Assembly: GCA_027923505.1 (NCBI GenBank)
Contig: BROI01000003.1
Coordinates: forward strand, 248,001-312,000
DNA from: Mayamaea pseudoterrestris
Lineage: Eukaryota
DNA: 64,000 bases
Direction of reading: 5' to 3'
The notes beneath the pieces are model-generated. The model made no database searches. It saw only the letters and a list, made by a program, of their open reading frames with translations, and was not told where the DNA came from. Shown here in pieces: positions 45,129 to 57,237 of the stretch (its first letter is position 1; each line of letters begins with the position of its first letter). Position numbers and translations under genes: made by a program.

Positions 45129-46667
45129 ATGAGCCAGAATTTGAAACGCAAGAGAGATCCCGCTGCCGAAGTATTGTTCGAATCGCTGGTGTCTCCCAAC
45201 TTTGACGAGCTAGCGCGCCGGTTTCCCGACTTTGGCCGCGCCTACCAAGACGTCCTTGGCGAGCAACACGCCAGAGGTGGCCACTTTTCATCCTTTGTCA
45301 CGCAGGAATTTAGCACAACTCTCACCAAAGCGTTGCTGCATGTTCACTGGAATTTGGCGCTGACGCACATGCCAAACGACAGGTTGTGTCCACCCGTTCC
45401 GAACCGATTCTTCTTCGTCAAATGGATGCTACAACATGTCATGCCTTGTACGAGAAAACATTTTCACGTGAGTCGTTGTTTGACGCACACTTGTCTCGAC
45501 ATTGGAACTGGTGCATCCGCCATTTACCCGCTACTGCTAGCCGGAGAACTACGGCGGACGGAGGCTGAGGCACTTTACCAAATTTACGCGACCGACATTG
45601 ATGCCGCATCAGTCGCACTGGCGCGAGAAAATGTTGGCAGCAATCATTTCGAATCGCAAATACACGTGCTGCATGTTTCCAATGGCACCAACGCGCAAGA
45701 GCGGCAGCAACTGCCGCACGGACCGCTTCGCAACAGTCTACATTGCCTGCCGGTGCAGCATCGCACGCTCGACTTTTGCATGACCAATCCTCCCTTTTTT
45801 GACGACGCTGGCATGCTGCAGGAGCCTCGACAAGGCGACGGCCGAAATAGAACCAACATGTCAGGGTCGGAAGGGAGTTTTCCTGGAGGTGAAGTTGCCT
45901 TTTGCTTGGACATGTTTGTTGACGGCCTTTTGCTGTGGATGAATCACGTGCGAGATGCTCGACTGCCTCCACCACCTCTATGGTCAGCCTGCATGTGCGG
46001 TAAAAAGTCGACGTATTTGCAGCTAAAGGCAATATTGACGCAAGTGCTGGGTCCAGGACATGTCATGGCGGCCGAGTTTGGACCCGGTCACTTGACTCGA
46101 TGGTTCCTGGCCTGGACCTTTGAGCAACCCAAAATTGATTCGCCGCTTGCCAAGCATGGAAGCGAATTAACATTCAATGTTGGAATTGCAGATAGCGGTC
46201 ATGCTTGTCAGGATGTAGCAGAGCGTCTCGAGGTGTACTTTAGCGAGCTTCCGGATGCCAATTTTACAATGGACAAATGCGTCGGAGCAACAGATGCAAT
46301 ACGTATACATGTATGTGAAAGTTTGGGTACATTGACGCCAACAATGTCGAATGAAGAGGAACAAACGCATCAGCTCCCGCCAAAAGTGCAGACAGCGATT
46401 GCTGAAATGGACTCGCATTTCCGACAACGATTAGCTCCACCCGAGGGAGAATCTCTCATGATCATTACCCTTGCGATGAAACCTCTGCAATCTACCATTG
46501 TATCCGTCCACGTTGAGTGTTACGCGCATTCAGCCAGAAGCAGACTCTTGTTGGACAAGATTCGAAGCCAATTAGCAGGCGAAATTTGTCGGACCAATCG
46601 TCGTTGGAGGCGTCGGCTCAAGCAGCAGCACCAGCACTCCACTGATGAAGCAATGGTCACTGACTAA
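45129..46667 (+). CDS. METTL16: METTL16/RlmF-family RNA m6A methyltransferase
   Basis: LCPPVPNR, LDIGTGASAIYPLL, MTNPPFF, GGEVAF, TRW.LAWTF. Confidence 0.9.
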   Translation: MSQNLKRKRDPAAEVLFESLVSPNFDELARRFPDFGRAYQDVLGEQHARGGHFSSFVTQEFSTTLTKALLHVHWNLALTHMPNDRLCPPVPNRFFFVKWMLQHVMPCTRKHFHVSRCLTHTCLDIGTGASAIYPLLLAGELRRTEAEALYQIYATDIDAASVALARENVGSNHFESQIHVLHVSNGTNAQERQQLPHGPLRNSLHCLPVQHRTLDFCMTNPPFFDDAGMLQEPRQGDGRNRTNMSGSEGSFPGGEVAFCLDMFVDGLLLWMNHVRDARLPPPPLWSACMCGKKSTYLQLKAILTQVLGPGHVMAAEFGPGHLTRWFLAWTFEQPKIDSPLAKHGSELTFNVGIADSGHACQDVAERLEVYFSELPDANFTMDKCVGATDAIRIHVCESLGTLTPTMSNEEEQTHQLPPKVQTAIAEMDSHFRQRLAPPEGESLMIITLAMKPLQSTIVSVHVECYAHSARSRLLLDKIRSQLAGEICRTNRRWRRRLKQQHQHSTDEAMVTD

Positions 46668-46821
46668 AATGAAGTTAATACTCGCAGACAGTAGTTTTTA
46701 ATTAATATACATGTATTCGATAGTAATAAAAAGCACGGTGATCTATATACATGTATAACATATAACAATGTACAGGTTTCGTCGAAATTGTGTTGGTGCG
46801 TCGACGCCATGTTTTAATTAG

Positions 46822-48365
46822 CTATGCTGCGACGCGTAGCTTCCGAATGTCTTGTACAAACTTGACTGTAGATGAGTAGAAGAGAAAAGCAGGTGAGTCG
46901 ACCGTAGTAGACACAACTTTTGGTACACACAACAATAGTTTTACTTGTACATACCTGCGCCTTTGACACCAAACCGTTCCGCCAGCATGGACGGAACGGA
47001 ACTGGAGGCTGCATGCGTAATGGATGTCAGGATACACGAGTCTTGGTCGTCAGAAATTGGCTCAATGAGGTTGACGCCAAGCAAAATGTCGGAACGACCT
47101 GCGTTCGACAAATCTTGATTGTCAAAGTACGCTTGGCCACCAACGGCGCGACTTACAACTAGCCATGCTCCCTGGTCCAGTGGTTTTGCGTGCAATAGTG
47201 TCACGCCAACGAGAGCGGAACCGACTGGAGGCTGCACCTTGTTCTTGACAATCTTGGTCGTTCCACTGATACTTTCACTTGCTGCTTTCTTGTTCGATCT
47301 TATTTGAGCAGCTGCATCTGAACTATCATGGATCCAGCAATCAATTCGACCAATGCTCCAAGGATTATATGTTTTTATTCTTGACGAGTCGAGGAGCAAA
47401 TCTTTTAGTTCGACCGGCGAAAGCGGTATCCGTGATTGCGACTTGATTAGGGGAACATCGGCTCCATGATAATGGCTGCTGCCTTGTTTGGCGCGCCCCG
47501 TCCATACGTGAATCGTTTCAGAGTCGTTCGCGTCAAAAGAAGCACCATGCTTGCCATATTCCTTCCAATCAATCCATTCGCCGCCGTTTAAACTGCGAAT
47601 TAGTTTTTCGCCCATGCTGGTCAATCCTTCCACTAGGTCTGGGTGTTTTTGAAATTCGTTTCCTGTCAGCGACTCCCATACACTTGCAAGCATGAGAGGT
47701 TCCGTCAATGATTGTTTTATAACGTCTTGTTGTATTGATGATGAAGAATCTGGTGATTGATACACTTCCATTAAATCGATGTGTACGTCGACTTGCTTGT
47801 TGTCACTGCTACGCCGTTTCCGCCGTCGCAGTTGCGGCGCTGCAGCCACCAAGCGAGACAGCAATGACGGCAAAGGCAACGATGTTTTGGCCGATTGGCG
47901 AAGATGATGAGCCACTTCCTCCTGCGTCACGACGGTGGAAAGGTGCGCTTGGTAGTCAAAGGCCACACGCGTGGAGGACTTGGAGCGGTGAAGCTGCATG
48001 TACTGATGGATCCTTCTCCATATCGGTACTCTCTTGTATGGAGAATTACTTTGTGTAAAGCCGTCATGTATTACGATTTGTCTGTCATGATTGTCATGCC
48101 AATCGAATCTTCCAATCGATACGTAGTTTCCAGCAATCTCACCACTTTGGTAAGATGATCGTATTGCCGACACCATGACGCATAGGATTGTCAGCAATAC
48201 AATTCTGCCTCGCCTTGTCGAAGCGACCATGAATATAAAGGGCACGGCAATCATGGTAATGATGTATAAAATATGATGAGAATTGTTTGTTGCATGGATG
48301 ATGACTCTTCGAGTCGTCGCAGCTGCGCTGTCGGAGGGTGCTGCGGTGTTCGCTAAAAACATCAA
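46822..48365 (-). CDS. START/SRPBCC lipid-binding domain protein with N-terminal TM segments; intron 46866-46954
   Basis: PLIKS..I..SP.EL..LL.DSSR...YN..S.GR.D; LVVSRAV; SDILLGVNL; GA|VKFVQDIR. Confidence 0.75.
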
Positions 48366-48611
48366 CGGAATCGCAGCGGCGTTGCAAGAAGTTTTGTCGT
48401 TGCGGTACTCGGTGCGACTCTCACACTACACCGCGTCAATATTTCGTTAGCTCGGCGCATCAGTTGACATACAATATACAAGCCATTATAACGTTACAGC
48501 TACCCGGTGCAGTGCACTAGATTAGCATATACAGTGCACGATATGCAGTAGCAATTTCAACATCATTGGTAGTTGGTAGGCTCGTCTTCGGGATTTATCG
48601 CGGGCCTAGCG

Positions 48612-51269
48612 TTATCTACCCTTGTTGCTTCTGTCAACAGAGTCATCGGATGCCATTTCAAGGACACCGGATTCAATATCAAAGGGTTGCTCCACAATGG
48701 CTTCCGCCGAATCTAAGAGACCCGTCGAGCCAGAATCCCTCTCAAAGTGGCTAGAAGGTCCCAAGTCGCTGCTCCCATGCTCATCAGAGTTTGAAACGGT
48801 CGCATTTTCGTACAAGGGAAGTGCTTGTATCTGACCATGATTGTCCGCAAGTTGTGGATTGAATAATGTTTCGGCACTCATGATACGTCGCATTCCAAAT
48901 CGTTGGAAAAAATTAATGCCAGAGCTCTTGCGAAGCACCTTGTGGGGCGATGCCGGATCCTTCTTGATGTGCTCTGCTGTTGAGTCCCTCCCTTGTTCAT
49001 GCTGCGCGTCGCTCAACGAATCTTGAATGCTCGAGTCGTCAGATCCATTCTTGATTTTGCGTCGCAGTAAGTCGTGTTCTATCTCAATGTGCAAATTCAA
49101 AAGCTCTTCCTCCTTGCGATGCTTGAGTCTTGCCTTTCTCCTCTCCAGCGCCCGCCGCCGATCCTCCTCCTGATCTAACGACTCCTGCCAGTAGCCATAC
49201 ATTTCTGCGCCCAAGTAGTTCTTTGGCGACCACTCGAGCGTCTTCATGAAACGCTTAAAGTGAAAGGCAACTTGTGACGGTTGCGCATGTAAATCAAAAC
49301 CCAAAGCTGCAAAGACTCCCCATTCGGCGTCAAAAAGCTGCTTCAAACCAATTTCCCATTCTTGCGTAAAAAATTCCAGCAGCGACGCAAACATGGTGCT
49401 GCCTCGATTGTTCGGTCTGACGAATGAAGTGAATCGATTAGCTTTACCTTCTCCGTCATGATTGATCCCGGCTTCAGGCACTTGCATGACCAAGCTAACA
49501 TTTGGTTCATTTAGCTTGGACGCAAGTAGTAAACAAGCTGCAAACGCGAGCCGTCGATTTGACTTGTCTACTCGACAGTCAAGACAGAGTCTTTCAAAGT
49601 TAACACATGCCAACGACACGGTGCCAATCTCAATGTTAGCCTTGACAGCAACCTGCAAGGCTTGGTGCTTCAACGATCGAATCTTGGACAAGGTCAATGA
49701 TGGTGGCATGCGAACTTGCTTCTCAGTAGGCAGCTTCTCACTGTGAGTGTTGTTTGCAGTTGGATCCGACGAAAGTGACGATGCCGTCGATGATTGCCGC
49801 TTCCTAGTTTTTATTGGCGTTGCCATACTCTCCTTTTCTTCCTCATCTTCATCCTGTATAGGTTCCGTCAGCACATAATTCCCGTTGATAACTCGAGCTC
49901 CAATGTATTTAAGCGCAGACTTGGATGGTTCCCACCCATCAAAGCGCTCCCGAAATTGCTTGTTCAAATCGGCCTTTAACAAAGCAGGCTCAACAAATTG
50001 AATCGTTGAAGCAATAATGGGTCCAATCACACGGTCTCCCACCATGACGTTGCGATGTCGCCCCAGCACCATGTCTGGATCGTCCAGTATACCAGGGACA
50101 TAGACATCCGAATCTTCGCTGCTCAATGATGTATCATCATCGTCATAATCATTCTCACTGTCATCTTCATTGTCTCCATTTTTGCGCAAAACAAAGCGAT
50201 TAAAAGCTCCATGGTGCTTTTCGTGCTCCTTGTACTCTTTGCGCGGCAACAAACTTCGATAGGAAATTCCGCGCCAGTCGCCTCGCGAAGGAATGCGAAA
50301 CTCTGATCCACCCCCTCCGCAAGCTTCGAGTTTGAGGCGGCGCAGTTGAGCTTCCTCTCGCTTCGGCTCATATCGAACAATGCTCATGAGACTAACTGGG
50401 TAGCTGCCACTGGCACTGAAAAACAAGCGTCCGTCCAGTAAAGGAGGTTGGTAATCGCGTACTGACGAGCTCGAGGTATTAGCTGGTGTCTTGGACACTG
50501 CACCACTACTTGCAACAGTCGTTTTGACAGTTCCACCATGTGCCGTCTGTTTCTCCCACTCCCTCAAAGCCGCCATGCGGGCAATGGTTCGCTGCTTGGT
50601 CAGGGAACTGGTGGTGACCGGCACGCTGATGCGAATGGCATCGTCTCCTTCCAAACGTCGGCCAGGAGTGTACGTGAGACTGCTCGGCTGTATCTTGTCG
50701 CGGCGAGTAGGTCCTTCCAATAGCAAATGCTGCTGAATGGATGTTTCTGATGAATTGTGGTGACTACTGTTACTGGGATTGTTGTTATAGTGTCTGCCAT
50801 GACGCTGCAATAGACTGCCAGTGATCCACTTTTCCCACCACTTTCCTTGAAAGTCTCCTGGTTTCAAAATAGATGCTTGTCGATTATGTTCTTGCTTACT
50901 TCGCGAGCGAGCTAGTATTCGATGGTCGCTGCTGCGGTGATTGTTTTCGTCGCTGCTGCTTGTGCTTTCGTATTCCTCCTGCTGCTTGGTTTGCTGCAAA
51001 TAACCGTCGCGGACAATCTTAGCTTCGGCTTGCAGCGGGATATTTAACAAAAAGTCTAGAGCAGCAATATCTCTCGTGACCCATTTGTTTTCGGCAACTC
51101 GATAGAGGCGCTTGTTGGCTTGTGGGGGTTGCTGTTGAGTGATGCTCGATGTCGGCGCAGCGACGAATGGCAATGCATGACGGCTATTCGAGCTAATACT
51201 AATATTGCGGTCGTCTAGTGTATCATCTGCTGGATGATGATCAAGTATTACAGCTTCTGGAACATCCAT
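48612..51269 (-). CDS. CABLES-like cyclin-fold protein
   Basis: LDDPD...GRHR, LKADLNKQFRERF, SLTLSKIRSLK, TVSLA.V.FERL, KSNRRL...ACLLLASK. Confidence 0.85.
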   Translation of the reverse strand: MDVPEAVILDHHPADDTLDDRNISISSNSRHALPFVAAPTSSITQQQPPQANKRLYRVAENKWVTRDIAALDFLLNIPLQAEAKIVRDGYLQQTKQQEEYESTSSSDENNHRSSDHRILARSRSKQEHNRQASILKPGDFQGKWWEKWITGSLLQRHGRHYNNNPSNSSHHNSSETSIQQHLLLEGPTRRDKIQPSSLTYTPGRRLEGDDAIRISVPVTTSSLTKQRTIARMAALREWEKQTAHGGTVKTTVASSGAVSKTPANTSSSSVRDYQPPLLDGRLFFSASGSYPVSLMSIVRYEPKREEAQLRRLKLEACGGGGSEFRIPSRGDWRGISYRSLLPRKEYKEHEKHHGAFNRFVLRKNGDNEDDSENDYDDDDTSLSSEDSDVYVPGILDDPDMVLGRHRNVMVGDRVIGPIIASTIQFVEPALLKADLNKQFRERFDGWEPSKSALKYIGARVINGNYVLTEPIQDEDEEEKESMATPIKTRKRQSSTASSLSSDPTANNTHSEKLPTEKQVRMPPSLTLSKIRSLKHQALQVAVKANIEIGTVSLACVNFERLCLDCRVDKSNRRLAFAACLLLASKLNEPNVSLVMQVPEAGINHDGEGKANRFTSFVRPNNRGSTMFASLLEFFTQEWEIGLKQLFDAEWGVFAALGFDLHAQPSQVAFHFKRFMKTLEWSPKNYLGAEMYGYWQESLDQEEDRRRALERRKARLKHRKEEELLNLHIEIEHDLLRRKIKNGSDDSSIQDSLSDAQHEQGRDSTAEHIKKDPASPHKVLRKSSGINFFQRFGMRRIMSAETLFNPQLADNHGQIQALPLYENATVSNSDEHGSSDLGPSSHFERDSGSTGLLDSAEAIVEQPFDIESGVLEMASDDSVDRSNKGR

Positions 51270-51658
51270 GGCACATTTATAGGCGACAGAAAGTTCAGTT
51301 GTAGGGTGATTCGACGGCGCGGATCTTCATGGTCGTCGAGTAATTCTGATGAGTAACGCTGCGATTCGTTAAAATTGTAGCACAATGAGCCAAAGAGTAC
51401 ACAAGACGGAAGGCTATTGCCACGCCAAAATGCAAAGCACATTAGTTGCAGCGAAACAATGAGCGAAACCTTCGTCTACGGTGGTGCATCCAATCTTTAA
51501 TTCAAGGAAGGATCGCGTGGAAGCATAATCTGTTTGGTCGTTTTGTTGCTGCTGAATTTCCGGTTAGTACTTGCGCTTTGTCGAACGCAAGATCCCCAAA
51601 TCCATCGCCGTCGGCATTGACTGTCCACGAGTCGGACAAGTGTGACAAACCTTTTGTC

Positions 51659-54163
51659 ATGGGGCGAAGGAGGACTCGGGAAAGCCAACGAGATCGTGCC
51701 AGTATGTCGTGGGAGGAGGAAAAGAAGGAGATGCCTTTGACAGACAATCTGATGCAGAGCAATGAGGAAGCTGCTGCTGCTGCACTTAGGCTGGGAAAGA
51801 GCGACGAGGACAATGACGAAGAAGAAGAATCCGACGAAGACGAGACGAGCGGTAGCCCCAGTCAACATTATTACGAAGATCCATACACGTACTCGGACGA
51901 CTCTGCGTCGCTCTCTGATGCCTACTTTTTTCCGCAAGCCGGCGAGGATGACTTGGCTCGTCCTCCACGTTACAATAGGCAGGAGCAGCATCAGCAGCAG
52001 CACTTAAAACAGGAAGAACTTTTGCTTGATACACCACCGCGACAAATGAAAGCTAATACGAGTGTGGTTTTCACAGACAATGTCAATTACTCGACCTTTT
52101 ACGGAGCAATCGGCAGTTATGGCGGCGGTGGCACTGACAATGGATTAGTCAAGTCTCCTCCGCTTTGGATTAGCGGCGCCATTGACGAAAACCGAGAACA
52201 AACAATAACGGTGTCTCCCATTGCCTACAACTATCAAGAAGGTAATAAGCTTGCCATAGATTCCACGCATGGCAGTAAAAGTGGTCGCAAGCAACGACGA
52301 AGCTCGTCGCGCAAGTCGCAGCAGCGACTTAATGGACTGCGGCAACAGCAAGCAAGTGCGCGAGAGCGTCGAGTCGCGCAAGTCAAGGGGCGGCCACAGT
52401 CAACGGATATTTGGCGAAATCCAATGTTTGCTATTTTGTTCTTGATGCAGCTACTTTTGGTTGTTGGATTGGCAGTTTACAGTGTAGGGTCGTCCGAGCG
52501 ATGGAGTGCAACTCGGCAAAAGCAACACTTGTCGTCTGCATCTCATCACAAGTCAAGATCGTCTCTGCGATCTTCCTCCTCTTCCTCGTTGATATCCAAA
52601 AGCCAAACTGAGACTGACTCGCCAAGCAGTAAACACCAGGCGCATACACATCGCGCCTTGACGGTTCTTCATCTCAACGAAACAACGGGCGATGAACAAT
52701 ACACGGACGATGATCAAGCAGTAGCATCTTTATCTGTCACACATGAATTAAATGAAGATGCGCTGCAAGCGTCTTCCTTTCTTTTTCCCGCTCCTGTTCC
52801 CAGTGAATTGCAGTATCGCAGCATTTTGATCTTGTTGAGTGTCCATGGATGCTTTGCCGCGCTGTTGTCCATCTGCACCTACGGTTTCATGCTCCTACTC
52901 ACGCGTGCCATTATACCAATGACTCTCATTGTATCCGTTATGGTAACGCTGGGCTGGGGCTTGTTGGGAATGACGCTGCTCGATCCCTATGGGTTTGTTT
53001 CCATTTTGGGATTCGCTGCCCTTTTGCTGACGTTGACTTATACGATATACAACTGGAGTCGCATCCAGTTTGCCGCCACGAATTTACATACGAGTCTATG
53101 TGCTCTTCGGTGTACAGGGGATGTTGCTCTCCTTGGTTTTGGAAGCTTGGTGGTGTCGCCACTGTGGTGTATCGTCTGGAGCACTGCGTTTGTGGGGACG
53201 GCCAAGGCTTTTAGCCAAGGCGCGGCTGACAGTTGCGACGCTGCCAGCGGAGCTTGTGGTAAAGCATTGTATTCTTACAGTGACCACGTTGTTCATGCTA
53301 CAGTTTATATCTTGCTGCTTGCTTCATTTCATTGGACAACTTCAGTGATCAAGAACGTTGTACGAGCGACCGTAGCAAGCGAGATTGGCAAATGGTGGTA
53401 CTTTGATCAAGACAAGAGCAACTTTTGCTGTGCGCCAACCTTTGCACGGCCGCTGCGCCGAGCGCTGACAAAGTCATTTGGGTCTATATGTCTCGGCAGC
53501 TTGGTTGTTCCGGTTGCTCAAGTCCTTTCAGCAATGGGCAACTGGATCTGCTGTGTGGTTGGCAACTCGGAATGTCTCCACCAAGCACGAAAGGATGAAG
53601 TCGCGCCTGGCAATGCGATGAGGCCCCATCGCCTAGCGATGGTGGAGGAGGGTGATTCAGCGGCAGACTCGGTGCAGTTGGGTTCGCTGATTTGTCGGCT
53701 GGTGCGGAGGGTGGGGCTGTTGCTCAGGGCATGCAATTGCTGGTCGTTTACCTACATTGGCATGTATGGGTATCCCTTTCACGAAGCGGGTGAGCACGCT
53801 TTGATCTTGTTTGAGACTCGCGAGTGGTTGGAGGTTGTGAGCGATAATCTGATTAAAAATGTCTTGCTGATTTCCTGTCTCATTATTGCTGGGAGCACGG
53901 GTACGTTTGCTGTTCTTGTTGAAGATGCGGATGTACGCTACTTGCCAACTCTCCACATGGCCACCGCCTGGGTGTTCATCACTGGATCAGTTGTGGGTTA
54001 CGCCCTGAGCAGTATATTCCTTGTCGGTGTGGTTGGAAGCGCCGTCAATACGGTGCTTGTCTGTTTCGCTGCCGACCCTTTTATCTTTGACAAGAATCAT
54101 CCCACACTCAGTCGGGAGATGCGTGAGAGTTGGAGTCAGCAAGTCTGGTCATCCAATGGATAA
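51659..54163 (+). CDS. Choline transporter-like protein (CTL/SLC44/Pns1)
   Basis: Multiple TM segments; HWT..VIKNV...TVA..IGKWW; RALTKSFGSICLGSL; N.W.FTYIGMYG..F; SAVNTVLVCFA.DP. Start position inferred. Confidence 0.88.
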   Translation: MGRRRTRESQRDRASMSWEEEKKEMPLTDNLMQSNEEAAAAALRLGKSDEDNDEEEESDEDETSGSPSQHYYEDPYTYSDDSASLSDAYFFPQAGEDDLARPPRYNRQEQHQQQHLKQEELLLDTPPRQMKANTSVVFTDNVNYSTFYGAIGSYGGGGTDNGLVKSPPLWISGAIDENREQTITVSPIAYNYQEGNKLAIDSTHGSKSGRKQRRSSSRKSQQRLNGLRQQQASARERRVAQVKGRPQSTDIWRNPMFAILFLMQLLLVVGLAVYSVGSSERWSATRQKQHLSSASHHKSRSSLRSSSSSSLISKSQTETDSPSSKHQAHTHRALTVLHLNETTGDEQYTDDDQAVASLSVTHELNEDALQASSFLFPAPVPSELQYRSILILLSVHGCFAALLSICTYGFMLLLTRAIIPMTLIVSVMVTLGWGLLGMTLLDPYGFVSILGFAALLLTLTYTIYNWSRIQFAATNLHTSLCALRCTGDVALLGFGSLVVSPLWCIVWSTAFVGTAKAFSQGAADSCDAASGACGKALYSYSDHVVHATVYILLLASFHWTTSVIKNVVRATVASEIGKWWYFDQDKSNFCCAPTFARPLRRALTKSFGSICLGSLVVPVAQVLSAMGNWICCVVGNSECLHQARKDEVAPGNAMRPHRLAMVEEGDSAADSVQLGSLICRLVRRVGLLLRACNCWSFTYIGMYGYPFHEAGEHALILFETREWLEVVSDNLIKNVLLISCLIIAGSTGTFAVLVEDADVRYLPTLHMATAWVFITGSVVGYALSSIFLVGVVGSAVNTVLVCFAADPFIFDKNHPTLSREMRESWSQQVWSSNG

Positions 54164-54358
54164 TGTGGGTTGCTGTCAAGCCAGCGTATGTTGATTTGTG
54201 CTGTTCATTGTTTTGCTGTTACTATGTTGTTGTTTTTATTATTATTGAGGATGCCTGAAAAGATACTGTAATCATGTATGTAACGTCCATATTATCATCT
54301 TACTGAGTTGCTGTGCAGCTTAGATTTTATTAATTTGTAGTTTGTATACCTTTTGCAA

Positions 54359-54646
54359 CTACACAGTTGCCAAATCTTCGCCAACACGTTCTACGGAAGA
54401 AAAGACGTTTTGGTCAAGCCATTCTTCCACTTTAAGGGTAATTTCATCCTTGGCTGAATGCTTGACTAAAATATGTGTGGCGTCTAAATCTTGTATAACG
54501 AATTTCTTTTCGACAGGCTTGAGCTCGTTTAAGTACTTTATAAACTGTTTAGTTGGAATGTCGCAGGAAATGAGGTAGCCGGCCGATGGAGGAAGATCAC
54601 TGGTCGAGACCTTGCGCTTATCGGGTGATTTGGATTTTGAAGTCAT
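54359..54646 (-). CDS. TFB5: TFIIH subunit p8 (Tfb5/GTF2H5)
   Basis: GYLISCDIPTKQFIKYLNE..FVIQDLDATHILV. Confidence 0.9.
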   Translation of the reverse strand: MTSKSKSPDKRKVSTSDLPPSAGYLISCDIPTKQFIKYLNELKPVEKKFVIQDLDATHILVKHSAKDEITLKVEEWLDQNVFSSVERVGEDLATV

Positions 54647-55030
54647 GGAGGAACAAGTTATTGATCGAAGCGGAGGTAGATTACAAGTGTATACGTTAGT
54701 AGATGATATAGATTGTGCGCCTCATTGTCTCATGGTTACCGCGCAGATGTTGTTGTGATGTTGCCGCATCGTTCATTCATGACTGTGTCGTACCGTTAAT
54801 GGTCTCGGATTTGGGATCATCGCGCGCAAGATCCGGCCGTCAGACAAAACTACCGATAGTTTAGTATAGTATAAGCAACGGCGTTAGTCGCCGCCACTCC
54901 GTTTTAACAAGCTAGCAAAAGAATCGCCAGTAAATGACTAGAATTGTATAGGACTGCCGCGGCAAAGTACACGACTGTGAGTCGGTTTAGCTACCAGTAG
55001 CCAGAGTCAAACAATATTCTCAGGAACAGC

Positions 55031-56359
55031 TCATTCATTCCCAAGTCTTTCAAGTATCAGCGCCAACGCTGCCTCGGACGACAATACTCCGTCAACGTCC
55101 TTGCTAAATGTTTTAGTAAACTTTGTAGGGTGCGCTTGAATTGTCGTCGACATGCTGGCCGAACTGATCGACGGAATGAATGCGTGTGAACAAGCCAGAG
55201 CCATTTCCAAGTCATTGTCATCGTCGCAAATGCATACGCAGCGAGTGGAAAGTATACTTTCGGATCCGCCAAACTTTCCGGCAATGTACTTGCAGCTACG
55301 TAGAGTAACGAGTCAGCGAAAGCAACCTGATAACGAAACACAACAACTGGTCAACACTCACCATTGCTTCTTCCCGCTAATGTTTGGATAAAAATCAATA
55401 CAGCCCAAGTTCACGCTCGAGTCAAGCTCAGGTGGATAGGCTATGTCTCCGTTCAGCAGTTTGTCAAACAGGGCCAATGACTGGTCGTTCGCTTGTTGCT
55501 TTCGATTGACTCGAAAACACGTGGCATATCCCTTTGTGTCAAGAACAAGACCCTGCTTTTGCAGCGACTGGGCAAACGACCAAAGCAATCCTTTTCTCTC
55601 CTCGATTAGAACAGCATCTTGGTCAGTCATGTCATTCCCGACGAAACCATCCGGTCCGCAAGCATCCAGCTGCTCCATGCGGCTCCTCCAATCCATGTCT
55701 TCCGCCACATGGAATGGCTCCAAATCTTCTTCGCTCGCTCCATGATACGAGACTGGTTCGATTTTACAGAATCCATGTGATGCGTCGTCGTCCGTCGCTG
55801 CCGCTGTCGTTGGGTAGTAGATGCGACCTCCTGCCTCGCAGCAGTAGGCATCGGCACGTGGCAAGTAGGGCATGCGCTTGAGCAAGGTGGATGACCGCAT
55901 TCCGCTCACAAGCACTAGCTTGACGCCTCTTTGACGAATATCTTGGCATTTGACGAGAGTTTGCGCGGATATAATGCCAACCAATCCGGTAGAACTGGGC
56001 GGAAGTTGAATGATGGAAGATTGGTCGCCGTCGACTGCAGCTTCATGTATCGTATCTGGGTAGTGGATCAGCGTTCCGTCAAGATCGCTAAAGACGACAA
56101 GAAGTGAATCTTTACCATCATTATCTGATGTGCGTGCTGCGTTCATATCTGCTTTTGGGGCAGTTGCCGTTGCCATTATTTCTTCGACTTTAACTGCGGT
56201 GGAAGAACCTCCACGATACATTGGCGATACTCGATTCGGATTTTGAATGGGTTTCGGACTGTCAGATCTTCCTTCCACGACAATATTATTCGAACAAAGG
56301 ACAAGATGCAATGATAAAACCAGAAGAAACCTATTAGACAGCGGGTGCAGCAGCGCCAT
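55031..56359 (-). CDS. HAD-superfamily phosphatase (sucrose-phosphatase/Cof-like) with a signal peptide; intron 55296-55361
   Basis: FSDLDGTL, VSGMR, SGK, CDDDNDLEM (motifs I-IV). Confidence 0.85.
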
Positions 56360-56481
56360 GGTCGATTTCTTCGGGAATAATGCCGATGAAGGGAGGTCAA
56401 GTACCGCTGCGAGTTTTGTCACGCATCGATCGTCCGTTTCCGTTTTTGCTCCACTAACAAATTCAAATTCCATGCCCAATC

Positions 56482-57173
56482 ATGACGAGATTGCGACTCC
56501 GACACCAACTCTTGCTACTGATGCTTGTTATCTACATGTTAAAGGTTGACTCATTTGCGTTGCGAGTGAGATTCAATTCAATCCGACACTTTTCAACTAC
56601 GTCCATATACGCGAGCGAGAACGACGAGCAAAATGATGCCCATGACAGCATTTTACACCTCCTACGACCCTCCACGGACCGAAGGATTGAGCAAATGAGC
56701 TCGACAGATTTGGCTTATATTGGAGATGCCGTCTTTGAACTATTAGTAAGATCCAAAACAGTTTGGCCGTCGAAAAAGACATCTAATCTGCAATCGATCG
56801 TCGTGGGCCTTGTTCGAGGTGAGTTGTCAATGGATGCTTAATTGCATAGAGCGAGAGCAATGTTTATAGGAATGCTGAATGTTAATTTGATAATCGCCCC
56901 TTTCTTCTCTTACTCTCAGCGGAGCACCAATCGAACTTACTCGCAAAGTTACGAACGGACTTTGATTTGACCTTAATGGAGCAACAAGTGCTTTCAAGAG
57001 GACGCAATTCGTCGACGAATAGCAGCAAGAATCGCCGCAACCCTGTCGCGTATCAAGATGCTACGGCTTTGGAGGCGCTGATAGGATACTTGTTTATTTC
57101 TGACACGCGACGATGTCAGGAGCTGCTGACATGGATTCGAACGAATTTGGATCTTGAAAATAGCGAACAATGA
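56482..57173 (+). CDS. mrnC: Mini-ribonuclease III, probably plastid; intron 56819-56919
   Basis: LAYIGDAVFELLVR..VR|AEHQ..E..V..RGRN..YQDATALEALIGYLF; VDS-FALR signal. Confidence 0.9.
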
Positions 57174-57237
57174 TACAGTACAAGTCGAATAAAAATCACA
57201 AAGACATAGTTTATTATGCTACATATAATAATGACAA

